This document shows positions 1-13,252 of a DNA stretch of 64,000 nt, piece by piece. Both the position numbers and the translations under genes were made by a program. Where the stretch lies: the NCBI GenBank assembly GCA_016748015.1, contig JAAOMT010000384.1, positions 124,001 to 188,000 of the forward strand. The letters are read 5' to 3'. Numbering within the stretch: position 1 is the first letter of the stretch; each line of letters starts with the position of its first letter. The DNA comes from Geosiphon pyriformis uo1 (taxonomy: Eukaryota; Fungi; Glomeromycota). Under the pieces are notes generated by a model. That model made no database searches. It was not told the DNA's origin and saw only the letters and a list, made by a program, of their open reading frames with translations.

Positions 1-3000
1 AGGAAAACAAGGCTATGTTCAATAGAGCAGCATTGGACGAAAAACGTCCAATTACTGTTATGTATATAGAAGCCACTATAAACAATACTCCAATCAAACT
101 TATCTTAGATAGTGGATCTGCTGGAAGCATCATAATGCTTCAACTAGTAAACCAACTGGGTTTCAAAGTTGATCATGCTGTGATGTCTTAAATCATAACA
201 GCTGATAGAAGTACAAAGCTGCCTTATGGCAAAATCGACTCATTCCCTTTCGAAATTAATGGCATAGTAATACCTACAAAAGTATTAGTAATGGACACTA
301 CACAATATCAAATATTAGTAAAGAATAACTGGCTAACAAAAGCCAATGTCATCTTAGACTGGACTACTCAAGAGCTTCTGATTAATTATAATGGCCACCA
401 GGCCAGAATTCCAGCCACCTGTGGCCACTTCCAAAAACCCAGTACTAACCAAAGACTTACCTTCAAATTTGAGAAAAATTCAGCACTACCAGCCATTGAA
501 ACTTATCAGCTCTTTTGGGCTGATGACCAAAGAACAGAACTACCAGCTGTACCAATGTAGACCAGTGAAAAAAGATCCGAATGAAACCAGATAAGTCCAC
601 AAAGAAACCACCAGCAATGCAAACCAAAGCTAGAATGCTTGGTTTGTAAGAAGAAACTCTTGTCTATGACTGTATACAGTGCACCAGACAAAGACTCAAG
701 AAACTCCACCCATTACTATTGTAACCATTGTAACAAAAAAAAATATGGTTACCCAAAAAAACATGGAAAATGGGACAAAGAACTGTGCCTTACTTGTGGA
801 GAACTGTTACTAAGAGGGTGCAACTAGAACGACATACCAGGCAGAGGAGGAACATATGATGCAACTTGCCAATACACGATCCTTATTTGTAACTGAGTAA
901 AAGAAGGAATGCCGTTCAAAGCAGCATTTAACAGAGTGTTAAAAAGACTATAGTACTATCTACATGATGAGGACAAGTTGTACAACACCACATAGGCCAA
1001 AGTAAGAGGAGGAACTGCCGAAGAAATACGATGTTGGAAAGAGTCAGCCAAAGTAGTTGACAAAGTCGCCAACTACAACATATTTGACCCAGTAGATGAA
1101 TTCCAGGACTACTACCAACAACTATGCCCCACTTGACAAAAACAAAAACAATACTTTGCCCAAATCAACACTTATCTCTGTAAAAACTGTCTTATTTCAT
1201 GCCAAAATCAGTGTTGTGAAGAGTGTTAAGACAAAAGAAACTTAGAAAGAAAAATGGAAATTGAGAATCAGCAGTCTCAAAATCAATCAATAAATTAACA
1301 AGACTCATCTGATAGTCCTAAGTCAGAAAAATTTGTAGCCTATACTGACCTAGAACAGGTGATTAACATCCAATACTTTGACAATAGGCACTTAGGAATA
1401 ATATTTAAAAGAGCTCATCTAACTGATACTGAATTCGATCTACATTATCCAGAAAAAAAATCCACAACATTACCACCCAGGAGCATCACCAAAATCGACC
1501 TGAAAATAGTGGTTGAAATTCCACCAGGAATAATGATTCAAATAGCATCACGATCAAGTCTTGCGAAAAAAGAAATAAGCATTTAAGAAGGAGTAATTAA
1601 CTCTGAATACACTGGAAATTTAATGGTTTTGCTACAAAACAATTCAGAAAAGTCTTATACCATTGAATCTAAAGAAAAAATTGCATAAGCAATTTTCCTA
1701 CTATTGGTAAAAATTGGGAAATTCGTGCCAGTAGAAAATCGTGAGGAATTGTTACAAACAACAAGAAAAACTTTTGGTTTCAGATCAATAGAAAAAAAAA
1801 TTGAAGTGAATTTCACTGAAACAATAAAGGAAAAAGGCAAAGTAATTAAAACTGAGCAGTCTATTATGCTTCTACCATATGAAAAATCAGAAATAAGAAT
1901 AAAAAGAATAATTAAAGAAAAAAACCTAATATTTGAGCCTTATCCAGAAACTTGCCAACAGTTTTTCATAGGACTTATTAACCTTTTTATTCCAGCTGAT
2001 AAAGCTCAATGGATAAAAATTCCTATTACAAACACCACAGAAGAACCCATTTACATTCCAGAAGATATCATCATTGGATACCTCGGAATAAAGCTAAAAA
2101 ATGCATCAACACCACAAGAAATTCTAAATTTCCCAGAAATTGCTCTCTACTGTGAACTCACTTCAATAAATTGGCAACAACCATTGGAATGCTATCAATT
2201 TACACCAGAAGAATTGGCCAAATTAAACATTGGAACAATGGATCCTGACCAACAGTGACAATTAAAAGCATTAATTTTAAAATACTCTGATATATTTTCA
2301 TGAAATAGCGAATTTGAAAGAACCAATTTGGTTCAACACCAAATCCCCACTGAAGATACCAGACCTGAAAAACAATGTGCTTACTATGTTCCACCAATGG
2401 AGCATAATTTTATCAGAGAAGAAGTCCAAAGCATGTTGGAAAAAGGAATAATCCAATCATCCATGAGCTCATGGTCCTTACCAGTTGTTTTAGTAAGAAA
2501 AAAAATAGAAAAATTAGATTTTGTGTCAACTATTGCAAACTAAACAGCAAAACAACCAAAGACTCATACCCAATACCATTAATTGACAAAATTTTCGACA
2601 TTTTTGGAGGAGCAAAATGGTTTTCTACATTGGACTTGACCAGTGAGTACTGGCAAGTGAAAATAAACCCAAAAAACAGGCATAAAACAGCATTTACAAC
2701 ACAAAATGGCAATTATGAGTTCAATGTAATGCTATTTGAATTGACAAACACTCCTGCAACATTCCAAAGACTAATAGACATAGTTTACTCCAAATTCTTG
2801 TGACAATTCATTGTTGTCTACTTAGATGATACAAATGTTTTTTTGTCAAAATTTACAGATCATCTCCAACATTTGCAACAAGTTTTTGAGAGATTAAGAC
2901 ATGTTGGACTTAAACTAAATCTAAAAAAATGTTTCTTTGGGAAAAATGAGCTAGCATTTTTAGAACATGTAGTTGGAAAAGATAAAATAAAACCAGATCC

Positions 3001-3625
3001 ATCAAAAATAGACAAAGTGAAAAATTTTTCAGTATTTCGAAACATTTCAGAAGTTAGAAGCTTTTTAGGATTCACATCTTACTACTGCCACTTTGTAAAA
3101 AACTTTTCAAACATCACCAAACCCCTTAATTACCTACTATCCAAAAATGTGAAATTTGAATGGACTGAAGCACAACAAAAAGCTTTTGAGTACCTTAGAC
3201 AAAAGCTCATTGAATCACCAATAATAATCTATCCAAATTTCAACAAGAAATTCATTTTGGTCACAGATGTCTCTAAAACTAGACTTGGAGCCATTCTGTT
3301 ACAAAAAGATGATAATGGAAGAGAATGTGTAATTGCTTATGCCAGTAGAAGTCTCAGTATGGCAGAGCAAAACTACACAACACATGAACTTGAATGCTTA
3401 GCAGTAGTTTGAAGTTGTGTTTACTTTGATACATATTTACAGTACCAACCCTTTGAGATTACCACAGATCATAGAGGTCTGGTTTAATTAAATAACAAGA
3501 AAGTGCTAAAAAAAAAATACACCAGATGGTCACAAACATTAGCACCATATAATTATATTATCAAATACAAAGAAGGTATTAAAAATGCTAATGCTGACTG
3601 TTTGTCAAGAATGAGACACACATAA
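1..3625 (+). pseudogene. Family A pol: protease, Cys-rich domain, dUTPase, RT, RNase H (many stops and frameshifts)
   Basis: ORF fragments 291-560, 639-827, 1359-1586, 2328-3412; ends ...ADCLSRMRHT* at 3623-3625. Confidence 0.9.
1370..1792 (+). pseudogene. dUTPase domain inside family A pol
   Basis: Decayed motifs 1-5: TDTEFDL (AGFDL), IASRSSLA, GVINSEYTG (GVIDSGYTG), KIA*(Q), RKTFGFRS (RGxxGFGS). Confidence 0.9.
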
Positions 3626-3654
3626 AAATTACCAACCCACCCACCACAACAACA

Positions 3655-5034
3655 ATGAACAACCACCTTTACAAAAACCTCAGCCAATACTTAGAAACAC
3701 TACAAATAGACAAAAAAATGCCAGTAAAAGAGCTAATTAAGCTCCAAAAATTAGCAAAACACTATTTTATCCAAAATCACATACTTTATTACCAGAATTG
3801 ACAAAATCCAGATAATCTATTAAGAGTTATAACTACGGATGAAAAAGAAACTATCTTATTTAACATGCACTCAAATATTCATTCAAGCCACTTTGGAAAA
3901 ACAGCAACCATCCAACATGCAACTAGCCATTACTATTGGCCAAAAATAAGTTCAGACATAATCCAATACATAAGAAATTGTGACCCATGCCAATGAAGAG
4001 GAGGAGCAAAAACAATAAAATTATTAAGACCAATAAAAGTTGGACAGCCATTTGACAGAATTGGAATTGATTTAGTTGGACCCTTACCAATAACAACAAG
4101 AAACAACCATTATATTGCAGTAGCTGTGAACTATTTCACCAAATGGCCAAAAGCTAGAGCTATTAAAACAGCTGATGCTATTTCCATAGCTCAATTCATA
4201 TATGAAAACTTAATTTGCCGGCATAAATGTCCACAAGAATTGCTATCAGATCAAGACACACACTTTATAAACAGCACTTTAAAAGAACTTAGCCAAAAAT
4301 TTGGAATCAAGCGACCACTGTCATCATTATACCACCTATAAACAAATAGATTAGTTGAAAGATTTAATTGCACATTATGCAAATTACTGGCTAAAATTAG
4401 TAATGAACATAAAAAAGAATGGGATTTGTTTATACCAGCAGTACTACTAGCATATAGAACAATAAAACAAGATACTATACAATTCACATCATTTGAATTA
4501 GTTTATGGAAAAAAAGCCACATTACCAGTTGAACTTACTATTCCAACTTATCCAAGTGATATTATCACTGAAACAACATTCCAGGAAACACTACTTAGAA
4601 GAACATACAAATTAATGGAAACTTTAGAAAACAAAAAAAGAAAAGCAGGACAAAATATTGAACAATCACAAGAACAACAAAAAGTGAGACATGATAACCA
4701 GTTACCAGATAATATAATTAGCTACAAAATTGGAGATAAAGTATTGTTGCATCATACAAAAATGGAAAAACAATGGGGTAGAAAATTTGATCACAAGTGG
4801 GATGAACCATTTTATATTCACGAAATACTTGTAAATGGAACATACAAGCTAAGACTAGATGATAAAATATTAAAAAAAGCAGCACATAGTAACTGGCTGA
4901 AATTTTATTACAGTAAACCAGTAATAACAACAAAAACACCCAGAATTGGAACACAATTACCTTTAATTTTACCAGAACAAATTCCACAAGATTTAGAACC
5001 AATAGTTTTAATTGAACATTATTCAAAAAGATAA
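3655..5034 (+). pseudogene. Family A integrase in its own ORF
   Basis: ATG at 3655 in a different frame from RH; MHSNIHSSHFG..CDPC zinc motif; IGIDLVGPLP; LLSDQ; VERFN; KWDEPFYI GPF module; no chromodomain. Confidence 0.9.
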
Positions 5035-5118
5035 TTAATCTTAGATCACAGCAAAAATGATTTAACAACCATAAAAATGCATGCAAAAGATTCCAAAATA
5101 GCAGTCAAAATTAAAACA

Positions 5119-5765
5119 ATGATACTTATTCCAGAAAACATCAACAATATAACTCAACAATTAATTGAAAGCTTACAATAATTAAAATCTGATCTAGAAA
5201 TCACAGTTAATAGCTCCAAAATAAAATACATAAAAAGAACAATAGAAAATCCAAAAACAAGAAAAGAACATAATTTTGAACCATATAATATTACCAAACA
5301 TAACAACAAATTTATCAGCAAAGTTATTGAAAAATTAGAGATAGCATTGGGCAATACATTAATAATAGAAGAAATAGAAATAAGTGAATTAACACCAAAC
5401 ACATTTAGCAACTTGAAAACGAAATTTCCAATTAACTACTGTTATTATTAACTAGGAAAGTACTTGAACATACAAATATTATATTTAAAAGACTTAACTA
5501 GAGTGTTTGACAAAACAACAATTTAACTATAAGAACTTTTCATTGGAAGAACCAACACTACATTCCATTCAAAGCATTTAAAAATTGTCACAAACTATTG
5601 TTGGACCCAACCATGAACATAATAACAACCAACAGTATTGGACAACTTACCAATTCGCAATTTCAAGAATTACAACAACAAATTAATAACACAGTATTAG
5701 ACCACTATAGTAACTTAAAATTTAATGAAAAAATTAATTTCGATTTTGATGGAGCTCAATCTTGA
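5119..5765 (+). pseudogene. Family A ORF4 (unknown function)
   Basis: About 215 codons with a few stops and one frameshift; aligns by eye to family C ORF4 (NINNITQQLIESL..SDLEITVN; SIGQLTNSQFQE..LDHY). Confidence 0.65.
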
Positions 5766-5778
5766 AAGGAGAGGATAA
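5765..5778 (+). promoter_or_regulatory. Polypurine tract, family A
   Basis: aaaggagaggataa immediately before the LTR TG. Confidence 0.85.
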
Positions 5779-6653
5779 TGTTACAGTTTAAGAATTTAGC
5801 AAAAAAATCATAAAAATAATATAAACTATTCAATTATAATATAATGCAGTAATAATCTTAGAAAGGTAATAATTAACATAGTAGCAAAACACCATCTTGT
5901 AATAGTGGCAAGCACCAGTTCACAATAGCAGCCAACACCAACTGGTGATAGCAGCAAACACCAGATTGAAATATCAAAAAAAAGTATTACAATGTATTTT
6001 CTTGTAAAACTACAAACATGTATATATACAATAGCTTTAATATTGAAAAAAGTCAATCAAATAATAAAAATCGTAACTTATCAAGCAATAGATCTAATTT
6101 ATCCAACAAACTCTACTTTAAATCATATCTTTAAATTAAAATATCCCAAGAAATCTTTAAATCAAAAAGAAATGAGAAAAAATATTTAAAACTGAATTAT
6201 CACAACCCCAAAGTAGTAAGAAACTCACTTGTGTTAATTATTGAATAAAACTATTATTCATTAGTTGAATTCCTTGAAAGAATACTCTCTGATTAAGATT
6301 ATTCACATTGTTACTAATTGATAAAAGCTTTATTGTGAGAATTAGGAAAAGCACTAAAGGCCATTAACATTCTATGTTTCTAGATTAGAGAAACACATTA
6401 GGCAATTGCAAGGATAGTCTCAGAGAAGACCCCAGACAGTGGATAAATTTCAGTTCAGCTTTTGAGAAGGAGTACATAAACACACACAACAATCAGAAAT
6501 TGAGAAATAACTTACATCGTGACATTAAAGAGAAAGCCTTCAATATAACAGTGACATTATCACACAAATAGAATTGAGAAACTCACGAGAAACTGATTGT
6601 AATTAAAACGGGATATTGGCAATTAAATATACCAAGAAAACCATCCTGTAACA
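5779..6653 (+). repeat. 3' LTR of family A (875 bp)
   Basis: TGTTACA...TGTAACA inverted termini; second, inverted copy at 12533-13252. Confidence 0.9.
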
Positions 6654-8035
6654 CTAATAAGACTATGCATATTTTTTGGAAGTTAATTTAGGTTTTGGTA
6701 TTAGGATTGATGGATTGCTGTTATTAATAATGACTGAATTACAGATTATTGTTTTTGATTTGGAATGTGTACTGTTTTTTTGTGCTGTAATTGTGTACTT
6801 AAACAGTCAAACAGTTATAAATATATGTGTCTTGAAATTAAGTATGTTAGGTTCTGATTTTTGAAACTATTACTAAATAGAAAAAAGACACATTATGAAT
6901 TCTGGTTAATGGCAAAGATTTTTTAGTGGTTTGGTTAAAAGTTAAAAAATATTCAAGTGTCTTAAATAATATACATATAAATATTTTAATAAGTAAAACT
7001 GGCTATTTCTCTTTGTTGTTGTCCAATAATATAAGCAAATGCTTTGTTATGGCTAATAATTTGTCAGTGTTTGGTAATGTTTGTCACTTTGTCTGAGACA
7101 TATATAAGTTAATAGATCATGCCTATTAAAAGCACAGATCTGGTTTTAAAATGTTAAATGTTTCTTTATTTTACAAGATTGATTGAGTTTAAACTGCTGT
7201 GGTTTGGCATTCAAATTTACATATGCTATTGGGTTCAATAAGTAAAACTTTGGCTAATTTGTGTACATATTTTATGAAGACTATTTATGAAAGATTATTT
7301 GTTGTTATCAAAAAAAAGCTTTATGACAAAAGATATTTAGATATTCTGTGTTTACAATATAAGGAGATTGAATTTTCTGATTATGTGTTTATTTGTTTTA
7401 AGAAGTTTAATTCTTATAAGATGATTTTGATTGATCAGATTTTGGTTTGAAAATCACTGGCTGGGTTCTATATTCTATTGCTTTCTGTAATTGTAAAATT
7501 TCTTTTTTTTGGTTTGTTTAATATTGACTTGTATATGTTTTTTTGCAAAGATTTTGTGCTTATAAATTAATATAACAAGACTGTGTAAATGTTTGAGAAC
7601 TGTAAGAAGACTGTCTAGATTTTGTTGATTTTATATACAGATTGAATAAACAGCATTGTTCTGATTTGTGCAGATTCAAATCTAAATACAGGGTAAATAT
7701 AAAAAAGAGTGGTTTGGTTAGCAATTTTGGAATGATGTTAGTTGTGTCTTATGATTTGGTGTTAGATTTGTTAAATGAAATGATTTGTTTGCTTGGTATT
7801 GATAAGTTTTTTAGAATTAACTTTGGTTTTCATAAACTTTATTTGTTTTTTTCTGGTTTAAATAATAGACCAATGATTAGTATAAGAGTTTAGAGTTGTT
7901 TTAATTGGTTTAAATAACTGGTTACATGTAGTAAAAATGTAAATTATGTTTAATTAAAGTTCTTAATTTTGACTCTGTATACTAAATAGTAATTGAATTG
8001 TACTTATAAATACATATAAAATAAAAATAAAAAAC
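6654..8035 (+). mobile_element. 3' part of a decayed LINE (RNase H, C-terminal Cys region, 3' UTR, A-tail); apparent target of element A
   Basis: LGFGIRIDGLL..TELQII..LEC matches the RNase H of the LINE at ~19010-19100; 3' UTR resembles 20215-20340; A-rich tail ~8018-8034. Confidence 0.8.
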
Positions 8036-8058
8036 TAATTATAAAATTTGTATATATA

Positions 8059-11000
8059 TTTTTTTATTTTTTATTATAAATTTAATGAGTATGGCTCAAT
8101 CATCATCTAGAAATTAGGACCAAACTAAGTAATCCAGGGCTAAATATGATTCACATGCTTACTATATGTAACTAGCTACTTGAGCCAATTTAGGCTATAC
8201 CACATTGATGCATCAGAAGAAAACTTATCCAAAGAAGACATCCTTTGAACAATTTCAAATAACGTAGCACTATTACTAACCAAACCAAACAACCACTTAG
8301 CTGTTTTAAAGACATCAGTTTTTACAGCAGCAGATTTATGTTCCCAAAAAGACATCAAATTAGAAAACATATTATTATCAAAAGATGACAAACCCACATA
8401 AGGACCAGACATATTAATGTCCTTAAAACCACACCCAGCTTTTAGAGTGGCCACTTTTCATTTTAACTTACCAACAGCTTTGCTAAAAATACTGTTACTA
8501 GACAAAATTAGAGATATTATTTAGCATGAAATTATTTTATAATTTCTATCATTAATTAGCATATATTATCGTTCAAATTATCACTTATTACATTAGCAAA
8601 AAAATGTCCGAAATTATCATTTAATTAATAACCCAAATTGTACACAACACAAATGTAACCTAATTGCGATGATCAATCATGCAATATCCCAAACTATGTA
8701 ACATTCAAAAGTTCACTGAAATTTGTAGAAATTTGCCGAAATAATTAATAGTTCACCAAAATATCTAATAGTTTGCAGAAATAATTTGTAGTTCACCAAA
8801 ATGTATCTTTAGTTCAGCGAAATTGTAGAAAATAGCAAAGTTTAAGTTCATAGAATAGTGTTATGACAAGTTGTATAAAAAAAGAGCTTTTCTTTTCAAG
8901 AAAATGTATCTTACTTTAGATTTATCTCTTAAAACCGTTCCTATATACACAAAAAGAAATAAATATCAAATAATTCAAAAAACCAAATTCTTTAATTATT
9001 GTACTTGGAAAATCCCCAAAACCCAACTAACATTTCAAAATTGATTAGCTACCAATTTCAGTAAACTGTTAGTGACTCCAGGCCTGGATAGAAAATGTTT
9101 TCCTTGACAGAATTCTATTTCTTTTACATTTCTTTTATTTTTCTTTTCTTTTCTTATTACAATCATTAGGGTAGCCTACAGACAAGATTTCTGTAGAAGA
9201 GTTGACTTTCACAACAAAGTAACTATACATTTTAGTGAGCTTCTAGACGAGCAATTCCTGGGAAAGAGTTGACGTTTACTACAACATAACTACATAAAGT
9301 AACTGGCAAGAAATTGGCCATTCCACTTATAAGCCTAGCAGTTCAAATTATAGGAGATAATTTGAAGATAAATTCAGTTACTGAAGATTCAACCACATCC
9401 AGAAAACGTGAATTCACAGCAAACAAGCATTGACAACATTTAAGAGAAGAGACCAAAAACCTCTGATAACAATACTCATGTGAACCAAAACTTCATTGAC
9501 TTTGAGGCCAAAAGCTGAAACCAGATCACTATTAACAAATTGTTCAAAAACTTTGACCATAGAGCCAACAGGCTTAACAATAAATTTAACCAAAACAGAA
9601 AGCTTGGCCAAATCAAATTCCAAAGATGCCAGCTGAAAAAACACCAAAGAATCTTCAACAGCCACAGGAAAAGCAGAAGCCACCAAAAGAGAAAACTCAG
9701 AAAGAACAGGAGAAACAGATGTTTTTGCATAAAACAAAGAACTGACAAAATACAGTTTAACACTGAGAGCTTTAAAAAAAAGAGGTAGAGCAATTTTGCA
9801 ATTCACAGCCAAATGGCCTATTTTTTGACACCAAAAACAATGCTGACAACCAGGGGTTTTCTATTAGATATAGCATTTTTTTAGTATATCAGTCTTTAAT
9901 ACTGCAGCATTTAAATCAACTTGAGAATTAAATATAACCAGAGCAAACTGAAAATGATAACCAGACTTAGAAAAATAGAAAATAAAACATGTTCAACTAC
10001 CAACTTAAGAAATCATATTACTAATTTCAAAAACTGTGCAATTAGAAAGAAGATTGACCAACTTGGTCTTAAACCTATCACAAAACAGAATAGTTTTATT
10101 CTAATTCACCAAAGAGAGGATTTTAATACTATTCTTGTTCACCAAAACTGATCAGTAATTGAGAGCAGATATAACAACATCTAAATTCTTAAAGTAAACA
10201 ACAACATATTGCCAAATACCAGTAGATCTTAACTGAATGTAAGAAATTTCATTAAAAATACCAAGAGCCATCTTAATGTTAGCAACAGATATACTCAAAA
10301 GCATATTACACAATACAATAGCAGCAGAAAGGAAGCCAAGCTTAGAAACCACCAAAGACTTGGTAATTTTAAAAATAGCAAAACAAACAAAGCTTGTAAG
10401 CTCAACCAAAAATGCAGCATCCAAAGAGTTTTGGAAAGCAAACTCCATACAGAAAAGCTTCATATCATCTTTTGAAACAGACTTTGCACCTAAAAAACCA
10501 TACACAAATTGAAAAACAGTCTTAACATAAGCCAGTTTGATCTTGAAAGTAGCATTAAACACCAGAGTAAAGGCCACTCATCCAGTAAATTTTTGACAAC
10601 TATTAATAGTTTCCCAAGTACCACCAGAAATAGTACCAGAAACCAGAGAAAAAGATAATTCAATATCTATTTGGTCAGCCCAGTTTTTAAGAACAGATAA
10701 CATCACAGAAGATAATTGTTTTGCTTCTAAAACTGGTAATGATCTGCCAGAAGACACCACATTTGGCAATACAACCAGTGGTTGATTTTGGCCTATCTTG
10801 GATAACATACCAGATAATACAACAGAGATTTTATTTGGAACCACAAAGGAATTTGGTGTAATAATAGTAGAGACAAGTAACTGCTCTCATTTTTCTGAAC
10901 TTTTGGTTTTTTTGATCATTTTTTTTAAAGAGGATGTGCTAAAAGCACTAGATGCTAAAGCTATAAAAGGAAATACCAGTTTATTAACTAATTTATTATT

Positions 11001-11320
11001 AAACACTTTTGGGCTCTTAGTAAAGGTAAAGGCAATACTGGGACTAATCCAAGTATGTCTCTTTAAGGGAACTTTGATTGATGAAAAATCAGCCAATAAT
11101 GGGAAAGTTGCTTCAGTAGCTATCAAAGGCAGCTTTTCACAATTACTAAGTAAAGAGAATGCTTCTAAAATGTTCTGTCTGGTTGCTTCTACAATAGAGA
11201 AAGCTTTTTTGGTTAAAATTTTATTAAATATCTCAGGAAAAATATTCGGTACAGCTTTTTTACTCTTTGTTCTAGTTATGATCATAAAATTAAAGAAACA
11301 AAGAAGTTTTTATATATTAT
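8059..11320 (-). mobile_element. ORF1-only non-LTR retroposon (HAL1-like), copy a; about 2.28 kb without the nested LTR
   Basis: Poly(T) at 8059-8072; TSD atttgtatatata at 8046-8058 and 11321-11333; single decayed ORF 11285->8176 with RRM-like blocks and a CCHC knuckle; no ORF2. Confidence 0.85.
8493..9471 (+). repeat. Solo LTR related to family C (979 bp), TSD ATAC
   Basis: TGTTAC...ATAACA; ATAC on both sides; removing it restores VHMSIFSKAV in the host ORF1; similar to 52945-53923. Confidence 0.92.
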
Positions 11321-11333
11321 ATTTGTATATATA

Positions 11334-12055
11334 AACTTTTTTTTAATAAACTTATTAATAATTAAATTTTTTTAATTATATTTAATATATAAATAAATAA
11401 TTTAACAAAAAAAAATCAATTTTTTTCTTATTAATTCTTTTATAATAATAAGAATAAAGAATTTGTTGCTAAAATTTTTACTTTATATTCTTATTTTTTA
11501 TTTGTTTTATAACTATTTCTGTCAATATTAATTTTTTGAAGTAATAAAACTGGTAATTTTTTTTGCTAAAGTTTTAAATACAAAAAAAATTAAGATAAAT
11601 ACACACTTAAATATTAAAAAAAATATGGGTTTTATCAAATTTTATTATTAAAAATGCTAACAAAAAGACAGAAGATTAATAATTTTTTTTATAATTTATT
11701 TATTTATAAATTTTTTGGTTTTAAACATTCTAAAAACATAAATTAAGACTTGTATAAATTATAAAATAATAAAATAAATAGTAAATTAGAAAGTATTATT
11801 AAAACTTAGTAATTTAGACAATTTTATTATTAAATAAACTTAATATATAAATTTAGATAATATAAAAAATAACAACAATAATATTATATTAAACTTAAAT
11901 TATAACTTATAATATAAAGATAATATTGTATTTTTTTGTAATTAATGCTATAAGTAATAATAAAATTATAAATTTTTTTTTATTAATTTTTATTTGTAGA
12001 ATGTTTTATTAATTAAAAAAAAAATTGGTTTGGTAAAATTTTTTATTTTGAATAT
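11334..12055. other. Extremely AT-rich relic sequence of unresolved origin
   Basis: Very few G/C; no ORF in the track; flanked by TE fragments. Confidence 0.5.
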
Positions 12056-12532
12056 TATTATTGGAGGTTTTTGGTTTCTTTTTTTGAATATTGTTGATGT
12101 TGTTTTGCTGTGAATTTACTATTACAGAAAGCTGTTAAATTTTTAATAACTGAATTTAAAGATAAATTATCTCTTATAATTTAAACTGTTAAGTTTATAA
12201 GTAAAATAACCAATTTTATACCAATTATTTGTATAGTTATTTTGCAGTAAAAATTAATTCTTTCTTAAAAATTGCTTGTCTGAAAGTTTACTAAAAATAT
12301 GTAGTTATTTTGCTATAAAAGTCAACTCTTTTATAGAAATTTTGTCTATAAGCTATTTTAATATATATAATAAAAAATGTAAAAAAATAAAAAAAAAAGA
12401 TTTTATTAAGAGGATTGTTTTCTGTTTAAGTCTGGAATTATTAACAGATTACTGAAATTAGTAGTTAATTAATTTTAAAATATTAGTTAAACTTTAGTAA
12501 ATTTTGAGTGCAATTAATTATTGGATTTGTGT
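12056..12532 (-). repeat. Heavily decayed 3' half of a family C-like LTR
   Basis: Reverse complement matches ~8980-9471. Confidence 0.8.
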
Positions 12533-13252
12533 TGTTATGGGATAGTTTTCTTGGTATATTTAATTGCTAATATTTCATTTTAATTGCAATCAGTCTCTTA
12601 TGAATTCCTTAATTCTATTTGTGTAATAATGTTACTGTTATATTAAAGGCTTTTTTTTTAATGTTATAATGTAAGTTATTTCTCAATTCCTAATTGTTGT
12701 GTATGTTTATATATTTTTTTTCAGAGGCTGAACTGAAATCTACTCACTGTTTGGGGTTTTCTCTGAGACTATTTTTGCAATTGTCTAATGTGTTTCTTTA
12801 ATTTAAAAACACAAAATGTTAATGGCCTTTAGCATTTTTCTTAATTCTTACAATAAAGCTTTTATTAATTAGTAATAACATGAATAATCTTGATCAAAAA
12901 TTATTTTTCCAAGAAATTCAGCTGATGAATAATAGTTTCATTCAATAAATAATACAAGTAAGTTTCTTAACACTTTGAGTTATGATCATTTAGTTTTTAA
13001 TATTCTTTTTCATTTCTTTTTGATTAAAAATTTTTGTGGATATTTATTTTTAAAAGTAAAGACTAGAAAATCATTAAAGTAAAACTGTTAGATAAATTGT
13101 TTGATAACTTGTTTTTATGATTTGTTTTTATGACTTGTTAAATAATATTATTTTTCTCAATATTAAAACTATGGTGTATATACATGTTTGTAGTTTTATA
13201 GAAAACACATTGTAATACTTTCTTTTTGGTATTTTAATCTGGTGTTTGTCAC
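12533..13252 (-). repeat. Family A LTR, inverted and truncated or interrupted
   Basis: Reverse complement matches 6653 back to ~5950. Confidence 0.88.

Larger units (their letters stand above)
1..6653 (+). mobile_element. Ty3/Gypsy LTR retrotransposon 'family A' (dUTPase-bearing); 5' part lies outside the window; decayed
   Basis: Domain order PR (LILDSG ~99-116), Cys-rich region, dUTPase, RT (VYLDD ~2816-2830), RNaseH, IN (HHCC, DDE, GPF), ORF4, PPT, LTR. Confidence 0.95.
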
